Shown piece by piece: positions 45,831-60,100 of a stretch of 64,000 nucleotides of DNA (the stretch's first letter is position 1; each line of letters starts with the position of its first letter). The notes below the pieces were generated by a model, which saw only the letters and a list, made by a program, of their open reading frames with translations, had not been told where the DNA came from and searched no databases. The translations under genes were made by a program, and so were the position numbers. Origin of the DNA: Eledone cirrhosa (lineage: Eukaryota); NCBI GenBank assembly GCA_964016885.1, contig OZ024743.1:174654001-174718000 (forward strand), read 5' to 3'.

Positions 45831-48800
45831 TGATATACTGTACCTATTATATGAGATGTAGGAAGTCTTTGATATACTCTACCTGTTATATAGGATGTAG
45901 GTAGTCTTTGATATACTGTACCTGTTATACAGGATGTAGGTAGTCTTTGATATACTGTACCTGTTAAATAGGATGTAGGTAGTCTTTGATATACTGTACC
46001 TGTTATATAGGATGTAGGTAGTCTTTGATATACTGTACCTGTTATATAGGATGTAGGTAGTCTTTGATATACTGTACCTGTTATATAGGATGTAGGTAGT
46101 CTTTGATATACTGTACCTGTTATATATGATGTAGGTAGTCTTTGATATACTGTACCTGTTATATAGGATGTATGTAGTCTTTGATATACTGTACCTGTTA
46201 TATAGGATGTAGGTAGTCTTTGATATACTGTACCTGTTATATAAGATGTAGGTAGTCTTTGATATACTGTACCTGTTATATAGGATGTAGGTAGTCTTTG
46301 ATATACTGTACCTGTTATATAGGATGTAGGTAGTCTTTGATATACTGTACCTGTTATATAGGTTGTAGGTAGTGTTTGATATACTGTACCTGTTACATAG
46401 GATGCATGTAGTCTTTGATATACTGTACCTGTTATATAGGATGTAGGTAGTCTTTGATATACTGTACCTGTTATATAGGATGTAGGTAGTCTTTGATATA
46501 CTGTACCTGTTATATAGGATGTAGGTAGTGTTTGATATACTGTACCTGTTACATAGGATGTATGTAGTCTTTGATATACTGTACCTGTTACATAGGATGT
46601 AGGTAGTCTTTGATATACTGTACCTGTTATATAGGATGTAGGTAGTCTTTGATATACTGTACCTGTTATATAGGATGTAGGTAGTCTTTGATATACTGTA
46701 CCTGTTATATAGGATGTAGGTAGTCTTTGATATACTGTACCTGTTATATAGGATGTAGGTAGTCTTAGGATATACTGTACCTGTTATATAGGATGTAGGT
46801 AGTCTTTGATATACTGTACCTGTTACATAGGATGTATGTAGTCTTTGATATACTGTACCTGTTACATAGGATGTAGGTAGTCTTTGATATACTGTACCTG
46901 TTATATAGGATGTAGGTAGTCTTTGATATACTGTACCTGTTATATAGGATGTAGGTAGTCTTTGATATACTGTACCTGTTATATAGGATGTAGGTAGTCT
47001 TTGATATACTGTACCTGTTATATAGGATGTAGGTAGTCTTTGATATACTGTACCTGTTACATAGGATGTAGGTAGTCTTTGATATACTGTACCTGTTATA
47101 TATGATGTAGGTAGTCTTTGATATACTGTACCTGTTATATAGTATGTAGGTAGTCTTTGATATACTGTACCTGTTATATAGGATGTAGGTAGTCTTTGAT
47201 ATACTGTACCTGTTATATAGGATGTAGGTAGTCTTTGATATACTGTACCTGTTATATAGGATGTAGGTAGTCTTTGATATACTGTACCTGTTATATAGGA
47301 TGTAGGTAGTGTTTGATATACTGTACCTGTTACATAGGATGTATGTAGTCTTTGATATACTGTACCTGTTATATAGGATGTAGGTAGTCTTTGATATACT
47401 GTACCTGTTATATAGGATGTAGGTAGTCTTTGATATACTGTACCTGTTATATAGGATGTAGGTAGTCTTTGATATACTGTACCTGTTATATAGGATGTAG
47501 GTAGTCTTTGATATACTGTACCTGTTACATAGGATGTAGGTAGTCTTTGATATACTGTACCTTTTATATAGGATGTAGGTAGTCTTTGATATACTGTATC
47601 TGTTATATAGGATGTAGGTAGTCTTTGATATACTGTACCTGTTATATAGGATGTAGGTAGTCTTTGATATACTGTACCTGTTATATAGGATGTAGGTAGT
47701 CTTTGATATACTGTACCTGTTATATAGGATGTAGGTAGTCTTTGATATACTGTACCTGTTATATGAGATATAGGAAGTCTTTGATATACTGTACCTGTTA
47801 TATAGGATGTCGGTAGTCTTTGATATACTGTACCTGTTATATGAGATGTAGGAAGTCTTTGATATACTGTACCTGTTATATAGGATGTAGGTAGTCTTTG
47901 ATATACTGTACCTGTTAAATAGGATGTAGGTAGTCTTTGATATACTGTACCTGTTATATAGGATGTAGGTAGTCTTTGATATACTGTACCTGTTATATAG
48001 GATGTAGGTAGTCTTTGATATACTGTACCTGTTATATAGGATGTAGGTAGTCTTTGATATACTGTACCTGTTATATGGGATGTCGGTAGTCTTTGATATA
48101 CTGTACCTGTTATATAGGATGTAGGTAGTCTTTGATATACTGTACCTGTTATATATGATGTAGGTAGTCTTTGATATACTGTACCAGTTATATAGGATGT
48201 ATGTAGTCTTTGATATACTGTACCTGTTATATAGGATGTAGGTAGTCTTTGATATACTGTACCTGTTATATAGGATGTAGGTAGTCTTTGATATACTGTA
48301 CATGTTATATAGGATGTCGGTAGTCTTTGATATACTGTACCTGTTATATAGGATGTAGGTAGTTTTGATATACTTTACCTGTTATATATGATGTAGGTAG
48401 TCTTTGATATACCGTACCTGTTACATAGGATGTATGTAGTCTTTGATATACTGTACCTGTTATATAGGATGTAGGTAGTCTTTGATATACTGTACCTGTT
48501 ACATAGGATGTAGGTAGTCTTTGATATACTGTACCTGTTATATAGGATGTCGGTAGTCTTTGATATACTGTACCTGTTATATAGGATGTAGGTAGTTTTT
48601 GATATACTATACCTGTTATATAGGATATAGTCTTTGATATACTGTACCTGTTATGTAGGATGTAGGTAGTCTTTGATATACTGTACCTGTTATATGAGAT
48701 GTAGGAAGTCTTTGATATACTGTACTTGTTATATAGGATGTAGGTAGTCCTTGATATACTGTACCTGTTATATAGGATGTCGGTAGTCTTTGATATACTG

Positions 48801-51800
48801 TACCTGTTATATAGGATGTAGGTAGTCTTTGATATACTGTACCTGTTATATAGGATGTAGGTAGTCTTTGATATACTGTACCTGCTATATAGGATGTAGG
48901 TAGTCTTTGATATACTGTACCTGTTATATAGGATGTAGGTAGTCTTTGATATACTGTACCTGTTATATAGGATGTAGGTAGTCTTTGATATACTGTACCT
49001 GTTATATAGGATGTAGGTAGTGTTTGATATACTGTACCTGTTATATAGGATGTAGGTAGTCTTTGATATACTGTACCTGTTATATATGATGTAGGTAGTC
49101 TTTGATATACTGTACCTGTTATATGAGATGTAGGAAGTCTTTGATATACTGTACCTGTTATATGAGATGTAGGAAGTCTTTGATATGCTTTACCTGTTAT
49201 ATAGGATGTAGGTAGTCTTTGATATACTGTACCTGTTATATAGGATGTATGTAGTCTTTGATATACTGTACCTGTTATATAGGATGTAGGTAGTCTTTGA
49301 TATACTGTACCTTTTATATATGATGTAGGTAGTCTTTGATATACTGTACCTGTTACATAGGATGTATGTAGTCTTTGATATACTGTACCTGTTATATAGG
49401 ATGTAGGTAGTCCTTGATATACTGTACCTGTTACATAGGATGTAGGTAGTCTTTGATCTACTGTACCTGTTATATAGGATGTAGGTAGTCTTTGATATAC
49501 TGTACCTGTTATATAGGATGTAGGTAGTGTTTGATATACTGTACCTGTTATATGAGATATAGGAAGTCTTTGATATACTGTACTTGTTATATAGGATGTC
49601 GGTAGTCTTTGATATACTGTACCTGTTATATGAGATGTAGGAAGTCTTTGATATACTGTACCTGTTATATAGGATGTAGGTAGTCTTTGATATACTGTAC
49701 CTGTTATATAGGATGTAGGTAGTCCTTGATATACTGTACCTGTTACATAGGATGTAGGTAGTCTTTGATCTACTGTACCTGTTATATAGGATGTAGGTAG
49801 TCTTTGATATACTGTACCTGTTATATAGGATGTAGGTAGTCTTTGATATACTGTACCTGTTATATGAGATATAGGAAGTCTTTGATATACTGTACCTGTT
49901 ATATAGGATGTCGGTAGTCTTTGATATACTGTACCTGTTATATGAGATGTAGGAAGTCTTTGATATACTGTACCTGTTATATAGGATGTAGGTAGTCTTT
50001 GATATACTGTACCTGTTATATAGGATGTCGGTAGTCTTTGATATACTGTACCTGTTATATAGGATGTAGGTAGTCTTTGATATACTGTACCTGTTATATA
50101 GGATGTAGGTAGTCTTTGATATACTGTACCTGTTATATAGGATGTAGGTAGTCTTTGATATACTGTACTTGTTATATAGGATGTAGGTAGTCTTTGATAT
50201 ACTATACCTGTTATATAGGATGTAGTCTTTGATATACTGTACCTGTTATATAGGATGTAGGTAGTCTTTGATATACTGTACCTGTTATATGAGATGTAGG
50301 AAGTCTTTGATATACTGTACTTGTTATATAGGATGTAGGTAGTGTTTGATATACTGTACCTGTTATATAGGATGTAGGTAGTCTTTGATATACTGTACCT
50401 GTTATATAGGATGTAGGTAGTCTTTGATATACTGTACCTGTTATATAGGATGTAGGTAGTCTTTGATATACTGAACCTGTTATATAGGATGTAGGTAGTC
50501 TTTGATATACTGTACCTGTTATATAGGATGTAGGTAGTCTTTGATATACTGTACCTGTTATATAGGATGTAGGTAGTGTTTGATATACTGTACCTGTTAT
50601 ATAGGATGTAGGTAGTCTTTGATATACTGTACCTGTTATATAGGATGTAGGTAGTGTTTGATATACTGTACCTGTTATATAGGATGTAGGTAGTCTTTGA
50701 TATACTGTACCTGTTATATGAGATGTAGGAAGTCTTTGATATACTGTACCTGTTATATGAGATGTAGGAAGTCTTTGATATGCTGTACCTGTTATATAGG
50801 ATGTAGGTAGTGTTTGATATACTGTACCTGTTATATATGATGTAGGTAGTCTTTGATATACTGTACCTGTTACATAGGATGTATGTTGTCTTTGATATAC
50901 TGTACCTGTTACATAGGATGTAGGTAGTCTTTGATATACTGTACCTGTTATATAGGATGTAGGTAGTCTTTGATATACTGTACCTTTTATATATGATGTA
51001 GGTAGTCTTTGATATACTGTACCTGTTATATGAGATATAGGAAGTCTTTGATATACTGTACCTGTTATATAGGATGTAGGTAGTCTTTGATATACTGTAC
51101 CTGTTATATAGGATGTCGGTAGTCTTTGATATACTGTACCTGTTATATAGGATGTAGGTAGTCTTTGATATACTGTACCTGTTATATAGGATGTAGGTAG
51201 TCTTTGATATACTGTACCTGTTATATAGGATGTAGGTAGTCTTTGATATACTGTACTTGTTATATAGGATGTAGGTAGTCTTTGATATACTATACCTGTT
51301 ATATAGGATGTAGTCTTTGATATACTGTACCTGTTATATAGGATGTAGGTAGTCTTTGATATACTGTACCTGTTATATGAGATGTAGGAAGTCTTTGATA
51401 TACTGTACTTGTTATATAGGATGTAGGTAGTGTTTGATATACTGTACCTGTTATATAGGATGTAGGTAGTCTTTGATATACTGTACCTGTTATATAGGAT
51501 GTAGGTAGTCTTTGATATACTGTACCTGTTATATAGGATGTAGGTAGTCTTTGATATACTGTACCTGTTATATAGGATGTAGGTAGTCTTTGATATACTG
51601 TACCTGTTATATAGGATGTAGGTAGTCTTTGATATACTGTACCTGTTATATAGGATGTAGGTAGTCTTTGATATACTGTACCTGTTTTATAGGATGTAGG
51701 TAGTCTTTGATATACTGTACCTGTTATATAGGATGTAGGTAGTGTTTGATATACTGTACCTGTTATATAGGATGTAGGTAGTCTTTGATATACTGTACCT

Positions 51801-51989
51801 GTTATATAGGATGTAGGTAGTGTTTGATATACTGTACCTGTTATATAGGATGTAGGTAGTCTTTGATATACTGTACCTGTTATATGAGATGTAGGAAGTC
51901 TTTGATATACTGTACCTGTTATATGAGATGTAGGAAGTCTTTGATATGCTGTACCTGTTATATAGGATGTAGGTAGTGTTTGATATACT

Positions 51990-54900
51990 GTACCTGTTAT
52001 ATATGATGTAGGTAGTCTTTGATATACTGTACCTGTTACATAGGATGTATGTTGTCTTTGATATACTGTACCTGTTACATAGGATGTAGGTAGTCTTTGA
52101 TATACTGTACCTGTTATATAGGATGTAGGTAGTCTTTGATATACTGTACCTTTTATATATGATGTAGGTAGTCTTTGATATACTGTACCTGTTACATAGG
52201 ATGTATGTAGTCTTTGATATACTGTACCTGTTATATAGGATGTAGGTAGTCCTTGATATACTGTACCTGTTACATAGGATGTAGGTAGTCTTTGATCTAC
52301 TGTACCTGTTATATAGGATGTAGGTAGTCTTTGATATACTGTACCTGTTATATAGGATGTAGGTAGTGTTTGATATACTGTACCTGTTATATGAGATATA
52401 GGAAGTCTTTGATATACTGTACTTGTTATATAGGATGTCGGTAGTCTTTGATATACTGTACCTGTTATATGAGATGTAGGAAGTCTTTGATATACTGTAC
52501 CTGTTATATAGGATGTAGGTAGTCTTTGATATACTGTACCTGTTATATAGGATGTAGGTAGTCCTTGATATACTGTACCTGTTACATAGGATGTAGGTAG
52601 TCTTTGATCTACTGTACCTGTTATATAGGATGTAGGTAGTCTTTGATATACTGTACCTGTTATATAGGATGTAGGTAGTCTTTGATATACTGTACCTGTT
52701 ATATGAGATATAGGAAGTCTTTGATATACTGTACCTGTTATATAGGATGTCGGTAGTCTTTGATATACTGTACCTGTTATATGAGATGTAGGAAGTCTTT
52801 GATATACTGTACCTGTTATATAGGATGTAGGTAGTCTTTGATATACTGTACCTGTTATATAGGATGTAGGTAGTCCTTGATATACTGTACCTGTTACATA
52901 GGATGTAGGTAGTCTTTGATCTACTGTACCTGTTATATAGGATGTAGGTAGTCTTTGATATACTGTACCTGTTATATAGGATGTAGGTAGTCTTTGATAT
53001 ACTGTACCTGTTATATGAGATATAGGAAGTCTTTGATATACTGTACCTGTTATATAGGATGTCGGTAGTCTTTGATATACTGTACCTGTTATATAGGATG
53101 TAGGTAGTGTTTGATATACTGTACCTGTTATATAGGATGTAGGTAGTCTTTGATATACTGTACCTGTTATATATGATGTAGGTAGTCTTTGATATACTGT
53201 ACCTGTTATATGAGATGTAGGAAGTCTTTGATATACTGTACCTGTTATATGAGATGTAGGAAGTCTTTGATATGCTTTACCTGTTATATAGGATGTAGGT
53301 AGTCTTTGATATACTGTACCTGTTATATAGGATGTATGTAGTCTTTGATATACTGTACCTGTTATATAGGATGTAGGTAGTCTTTGATATACTGTACCTT
53401 TTATATATGATGTAGGTAGTCTTTGATATACTGTACCTGTTACATAGGATGTATGTAGTCTTTGATATACTGTACCTGTTATATAGGATGTAGGTAGTCC
53501 TTGATATACTGTACCTGTTACATAGGATGTAGGTAGTCTTTGATCTACTGTACCTGTTATATAGGATGTAGGTAGTCTTTGATATACTGTACCTGTTATA
53601 TAGGATGTAGGTAGTGTTTGATATACTGTACCTGTTATATGAGATATAGGAAGTCTTTGATATACTGTACTTGTTATATAGGATGTCGGTAGTCTTTGAT
53701 ATACTGTACCTGTTATATGAGATGTAGGAAGTCTTTGATATACTGTAGCTGTTATATAGGATGTAGGTAGTCTTTGATATACTGTACCTGTTATATAGGA
53801 TGTAGGTAGTCCTTGATATACTGTACCTGTTACATAGGATGTAGGTAGTCTTTGATCTACTGTACCTGTTATATAGGATGTAGGTAGTCTTTGATATACT
53901 GTACCTGTTATATAGGATGTAGGTAGTCTTTGATATACTGTACCTGTTATATGAGATATAGGAAGTCTTTGATATACTGTACCTGTTATATAGGATGTCG
54001 GTAGTCTTTGATATACTGTACCTGTTATATGAGATGTAGGAAGTCTTTGATATACTGTACCTGTTATATAGGATGTAGGTAGTCTTTGATATACTGTACC
54101 TGTTAAATAGGATGTAGGTAGTCTTTGATATACTGTACCTGTTATATAGGATGTAGGTAGTCTTTGATATACTGTACCTGTTATATAGGATGTAGGTAGT
54201 CTTTGATATACTGTATCTGTTATATAGGATGTAGGTAGTCTTTGATATACTGTACCTGTTATATGGGATGTCGGTAGTCTTTGATATACTGTACCTGTTA
54301 TATAGGATGTAGGTAGTCTTTGATATACTGTACCTGTTATATATGATGTAGGTAGTCTTTGATATACTGTACCAGTTATATAGGATGTATGTAGTCTTTG
54401 ATATACTGTACCTGTTATATAGGATGTAGGTAGTCTTTGATATACTGTACCTGTTATATAGGATGTAGGTAGTCTTTGATATACTGTACCTGTTATATAG
54501 GATGTCGGTAGTCTTTGATATACTGTACCTGTTATATAGGATGTAGGTAGTTTTGATATACTTTACCTGTTATATATGATGTAGGTAGTCTTTGATATAC
54601 TGTACCTGTTACATAGGATGTATGTTGTCTTTGATATACTGTACCTGTTACATAGGATGTAGGTAGTCTTTGATATACTGTACCTGTTATATAGGATGTA
54701 GGTAGTCTTTGATATACTGTACCTTTTATATATGATGTAGGTAGTCTTTGATATACTGTACCTGTTACATAGGATGTATGTAGTCTTTGATATACTGTAC
54801 CTGTTATATAGGATGTAGGTAGTCCTTGATATACTGTACCTGTTACATAGGATGTAGGTAGTCTTTGATCTACTGTACCTGTTATATAGGATGTAGGTAG

Positions 54901-57165
54901 TCTTTGATATACTGTACCTGTTATATAGGATGTAGGTAGTGTTTGATATACTGTACCTGTTATATGAGATATAGGAAGTCTTTGATATACTGTACTTGTT
55001 ATATAGGATGTCGGTAGTCTTTGATATACTGTACCTGTTATATGAGATGTAGGAAGTCTTTGATATACTGTACCTGTTATATAGGATGTAGGTAGTCTTT
55101 GATATACTGTACCTGTTATATAGGATGTAGGTAGTCCTTGATATACTGTACCTGTTACATAGGATGTAGGTAGTCTTTGATCTACTGTACCTGTTATATA
55201 GGATGTAGGTAGTCTTTGATATACTGTACCTGTTATATAGGATGTAGGTAGTCTTTGATATACTGTACCTGTTATATGAGATATAGGAAGTCTTTGATAT
55301 ACTGTACCTGTTATATAGGATGTCGGTAGTCTTTGATATACTGTACCTGTTATATGAGATGTAGGAAGTCTTTGATATACTGTACCTGTTATATAGGATG
55401 TAGGTAGTCTTTGATATACTGTACCTGTTATATAGGATGTAGGTAGTCCTTGATATACTGTACCTGTTACATAGGATGTAGGTAGTCTTTGATCTACTGT
55501 ACCTGTTATATAGGATGTAGGTAGTCTTTGATATACTGTACCTGTTATATAGGATGTAGGTAGTCTTTGATATACTGTACCTGTTATATGAGATATAGGA
55601 AGTCTTTGATATACTGTACCTGTTATATAGGATGTCGGTAGTCTTTGATATACTGTACCTGTTATATAGGATGTAGGTAGTGTTTGATATACTGTACCTG
55701 TTATATAGGATGTAGGTAGTCTTTGATATACTGTACCTGTTATATATGATGTAGGTAGTCTTTGATATACTGTACCTGTTATATGAGATGTAGGAAGTCT
55801 TTGATATACTGTACCTGTTATATGAGATGTAGGAAGTCTTTGATATGCTTTACCTGTTATATAGGATGTAGGTAGTCTTTGATATACTGTACCTGTTATA
55901 TAGGATGTATGTAGTCTTTGATATACTGTACCTGTTATATAGGATGTAGGTAGTCTTTGATATACTGTACCTTTTATATATGATGTAGGTAGTCTTTGAT
56001 ATACTGTACCTGTTACATAGGATGTATGTAGTCTTTGATATACTGTACCTGTTATATAGGATGTAGGTAGTCCTTGATATACTGTACCTGTTACATAGGA
56101 TGTAGGTAGTCTTTGATCTACTGTACCTGTTATATAGGATGTAGGTAGTCTTTGATATACTGTACCTGTTATATAGGATGTAGGTAGTGTTTGATATACT
56201 GTACCTGTTATATGAGATATAGGAAGTCTTTGATATACTGTACTTGTTATATAGGATGTCGGTAGTCTTTGATATACTGTACCTGTTATATGAGATGTAG
56301 GAAGTCTTTGATATACTGTAGCTGTTATATAGGATGTAGGTAGTCTTTGATATACTGTACCTGTTATATAGGATGTAGGTAGTCCTTGATATACTGTACC
56401 TGTTACATAGGATGTAGGTAGTCTTTGATCTACTGTACCTGTTATATAGGATGTAGGTAGTCTTTGATATACTGTACCTGTTATATAGGATGTAGGTAGT
56501 CTTTGATATACTGTACCTGTTATATGAGATATAGGAAGTCTTTGATATACTGTACCTGTTATATAGGATGTCGGTAGTCTTTGATATACTGTACCTGTTA
56601 TATGAGATGTAGGAAGTCTTTGATATACTGTACCTGTTATATAGGATGTAGGTAGTCTTTGATATACTGTACCTGTTAAATAGGATGTAGGTAGTCTTTG
56701 ATATACTGTACCTGTTATATAGGATGTAGGTAGTCTTTGATATACTGTACCTGTTATATAGGATGTAGGTAGTCTTTGATATACTGTATCTGTTATATAG
56801 GATGTAGGTAGTCTTTGATATACTGTACCTGTTATATGGGATGTCGGTAGTCTTTGATATACTGTACCTGTTATATAGGATGTAGGTAGTCTTTGATATA
56901 CTGTACCTGTTATATATGATGTAGGTAGTCTTTGATATACTGTACCAGTTATATAGGATGTATGTAGTCTTTGATATACTGTACCTGTTATATAGGATGT
57001 AGGTAGTCTTTGATATACTGTACCTGTTATATAGGATGTAGGTAGTCTTTGATATACTGTACCTGTTATATAGGATGTCGGTAGTCTTTGATATACTGTA
57101 CCTGTTATATAGGATGTAGGTAGTTTTGATATACTTTACCTGTTATATATGATGTAGGTAGTCTT
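51990..57165 (+). repeat. 2,573-bp (66 monomers minus 1 bp) tandem duplication private to copy 2
   Basis: GTAGCTG at 53748/56321 (single counterpart at 29184 in copy 1); TATGTTGTC at 52053/54626. Confidence 0.88.
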
Positions 57166-60100
57166 TGATATACCGTACCTGTTACATAGGATGTATGTAG
57201 TCTTTGATATACTGTACCTGTTATATAGGATGTAGGTAGTCTTTGATATACTGTACCTGTTACATAGGATGTAGGTAGTCTTTGATATACTGTACCTGTT
57301 ATATAGGATGTCGGTAGTCTTTGATATACTGTACCTGTTATATAGGATGTAGGTAGTCTTTGATATACTATACCTGTTATATAGGATGTAGTCTTTGATA
57401 TACTGTACCTGTTATATAGGATGTAGGTAGTCTTTGATATACTGTACCTGTTATATGAGATGTAGGCAGTCTTTGATATACTGTACTTGTTATATAGGAT
57501 GTAGGTAGTCCTTGATATACTGTACCTGTTATATAGGATGTAGGTAGTCTTTGATATACTGTACCTGTTATATAGGATGTAGGTAGTCTTTGATATACTG
57601 TACCTGTTATATAGGATGTAGGTAGTCTTTGATATACTGTACCTGTTATATAGGATGTAGGTAGTCTTTGATATACTGTACCTGTTATATAGGATGTAGG
57701 TAGTCTTTGATATACTGTACCTGTTATATAGGATGTAGGTAGTCTTTGATATACTGTACCTGTTATATAGGATGTAGGTAGTCTTTGATATACTGTACCT
57801 GTTATATAGGATGTAGGTAGTCTTTGATATACTGTACCTGTTATATATGATGTAGGTAGTCTTTGATATACTGTACCTGTTATATGAGATGTAGGAAGTC
57901 TTTGATATACTGTACCTGTTATATGAGATGTAGGAAGTCTTTGATATGCTTTACCTGTTATATAGGATGTAGGTAGTCTTTGATATACTGTACCTGTTAT
58001 ATAGGATGTATGTAGTCTTTGATATACTGTACCTGTTATATAGGATGTAGGTAGTCTTTGATATACTGTACCTTTTATATATGATGTAGGTAGTCTTTGA
58101 TATACTGTACCTGTTACATAGGATGTATGTAGTCTTTGATATACTGTACCTGTTATATAGGATGTAGGTAGTCCTTGATATACTGTACCTGTTACATAGG
58201 ATGTAGGTAGTCTTTGATCTACTGTACCTGTTATATAGGATGTAGGTAGTCTTTGATATACTGTACCTGTTATATAGGATGTAGGTAGTGTTTGATATAC
58301 TGTACCTGTTATATGAGATATAGGAAGTCTTTGATATACTGTACTTGTTATACAGGATGTCGGTAGTCTTTGATATACTGTACCTGTTATATGAGATGTA
58401 GGAAGTCTTTGATATACTGTACCTGTTATATAGGATGTAGGTAGTCTTTGATATACTGTACCTGTTATATAGGATGTAGGTAGTCCTTGATATACTGTAC
58501 CTGTTACATAGGATGTAGGTAGTCTTTGATCTACTGTACCTGTTATATAGGATGTAGGTAGTCTTTGATATACTGTACCTGTTATATAGGATGTAGGTAG
58601 TCTTTGATATACTGTACCTGTTATATGAGATATAGGAAGTCTTTGATATACTGTACCTGTTATATAGGATGTCGGTAGTCTTTGATATACTGTACCTGTT
58701 ATATGAGATGTAGGAAGTCTTTGATATACTGTACCTGTTATATAGGATGTAGGTAGTCTTTGATATACTGTACCTGTTATATAGGATGTCGGTAGTCTTT
58801 GATATACTGTACCTGTTATATAGGATGTAGGTAGTCTTTGATATACTGTACCTGTTATATAGGATGTAGGTAGTCTTTGATATACTGTACCTGTTATATA
58901 GGATGTAGGTAGTCTTTGATATACTGTACCTGTTATATAGGATGTAGGTAGTCTTTGATATACTGTACCTGTTACATAGGATGTAGGTAGTCTTTGATAT
59001 ACTGTACCTGTTATATAGGATGTAGGTAGTCTTTGATATACTGTACTTGTTATATAGGATGTAGGTAGACTTTGATATACTATACCTGTTATATAGGATG
59101 TAGTCTTTGATATACTGTACCTGTTATATAGGATGTAGGTAGTCTTTGATATACTGTACCTGTTATATGAGATGTAGGAAGTCTTTGATATACTGTACTT
59201 GTTATATAGGATGTAGGTAGTGTTTGATATACTGTACCTGTTATATAGGATGTAGGTAGTCTTTGATATACTGTACCTGTTATATAGGATGTAGGTAGTC
59301 TTTGATATACTGTACCTGTTATATAGGATGTAGGTAGTCTTTGATATACTGTACCTGTTATATAGGATGTAGGTAGTCTTTGATATACTGTACCTGTTAT
59401 ATAGGATGTAGGTAGTCTTTGATATACTGTACCTGTTATATAGGATGTAGGTAGTCTTTGATATACTGTACCTGTTATATAGGATGTAGGTAGTCTTTGA
59501 TATACTGTACCTGTTATATAGGATGTAGGTAGTGTTTGATATACTGTACCTGTTATATAGGATGTAGGTAGTCTTTGATATACTGTACCTGTTATATAGG
59601 ATGTAGGTAGTGTTTGATATACTGTACCTGTTATATAGGATGTAGGTAGTCTTTGATATACTGTACCTGTTATATGAGATGTAGGAAGTCTTTGATATAC
59701 TGTACCTGTTATATGAGATGTAGGAAGTCTTTGATATGCTGTACCTGTTATATATGATGTAGGTAGTCTTTGATATACTGTACCTGTTACATAGGATGTA
59801 TGTTGTCTTTGATATACTGTACCTGTTACATAGGATGTAGGTAGTCTTTGATATACTGTACCTGTTATATAGGATGTAGGTAGTCTTTGATATACTGTAC
59901 CTTTTATATATGATGTAGGTAGTCTTTGATATACTGTACCTGTTACACAGGATGTATGTAGTCTTTGATATACTGTACCTGTTATATAGGATGTAGGTAG
60001 TCCTTGATATACTGTACCTGTTACATAGGATATAGGTAGTCTTTGATCTACTGTACCTGTTATATAGGATGTAGGTAGTCTTTGATATACTGTACCTGTT

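Noticed and set aside
750-48303. All long minus-strand ORFs in the supplied track (261-1261 aa) as protein-coding genes
   Set aside because: They are translations of the 39-bp repeat in two overlapping frames. Starts come from sporadic variants creating ATG (mostly C13A), and ends from point variants or frameshifting indel monomers. Frameshifts are freely amplified in the HORs, and there is no non-repetitive domain, signal peptide or promoter context.
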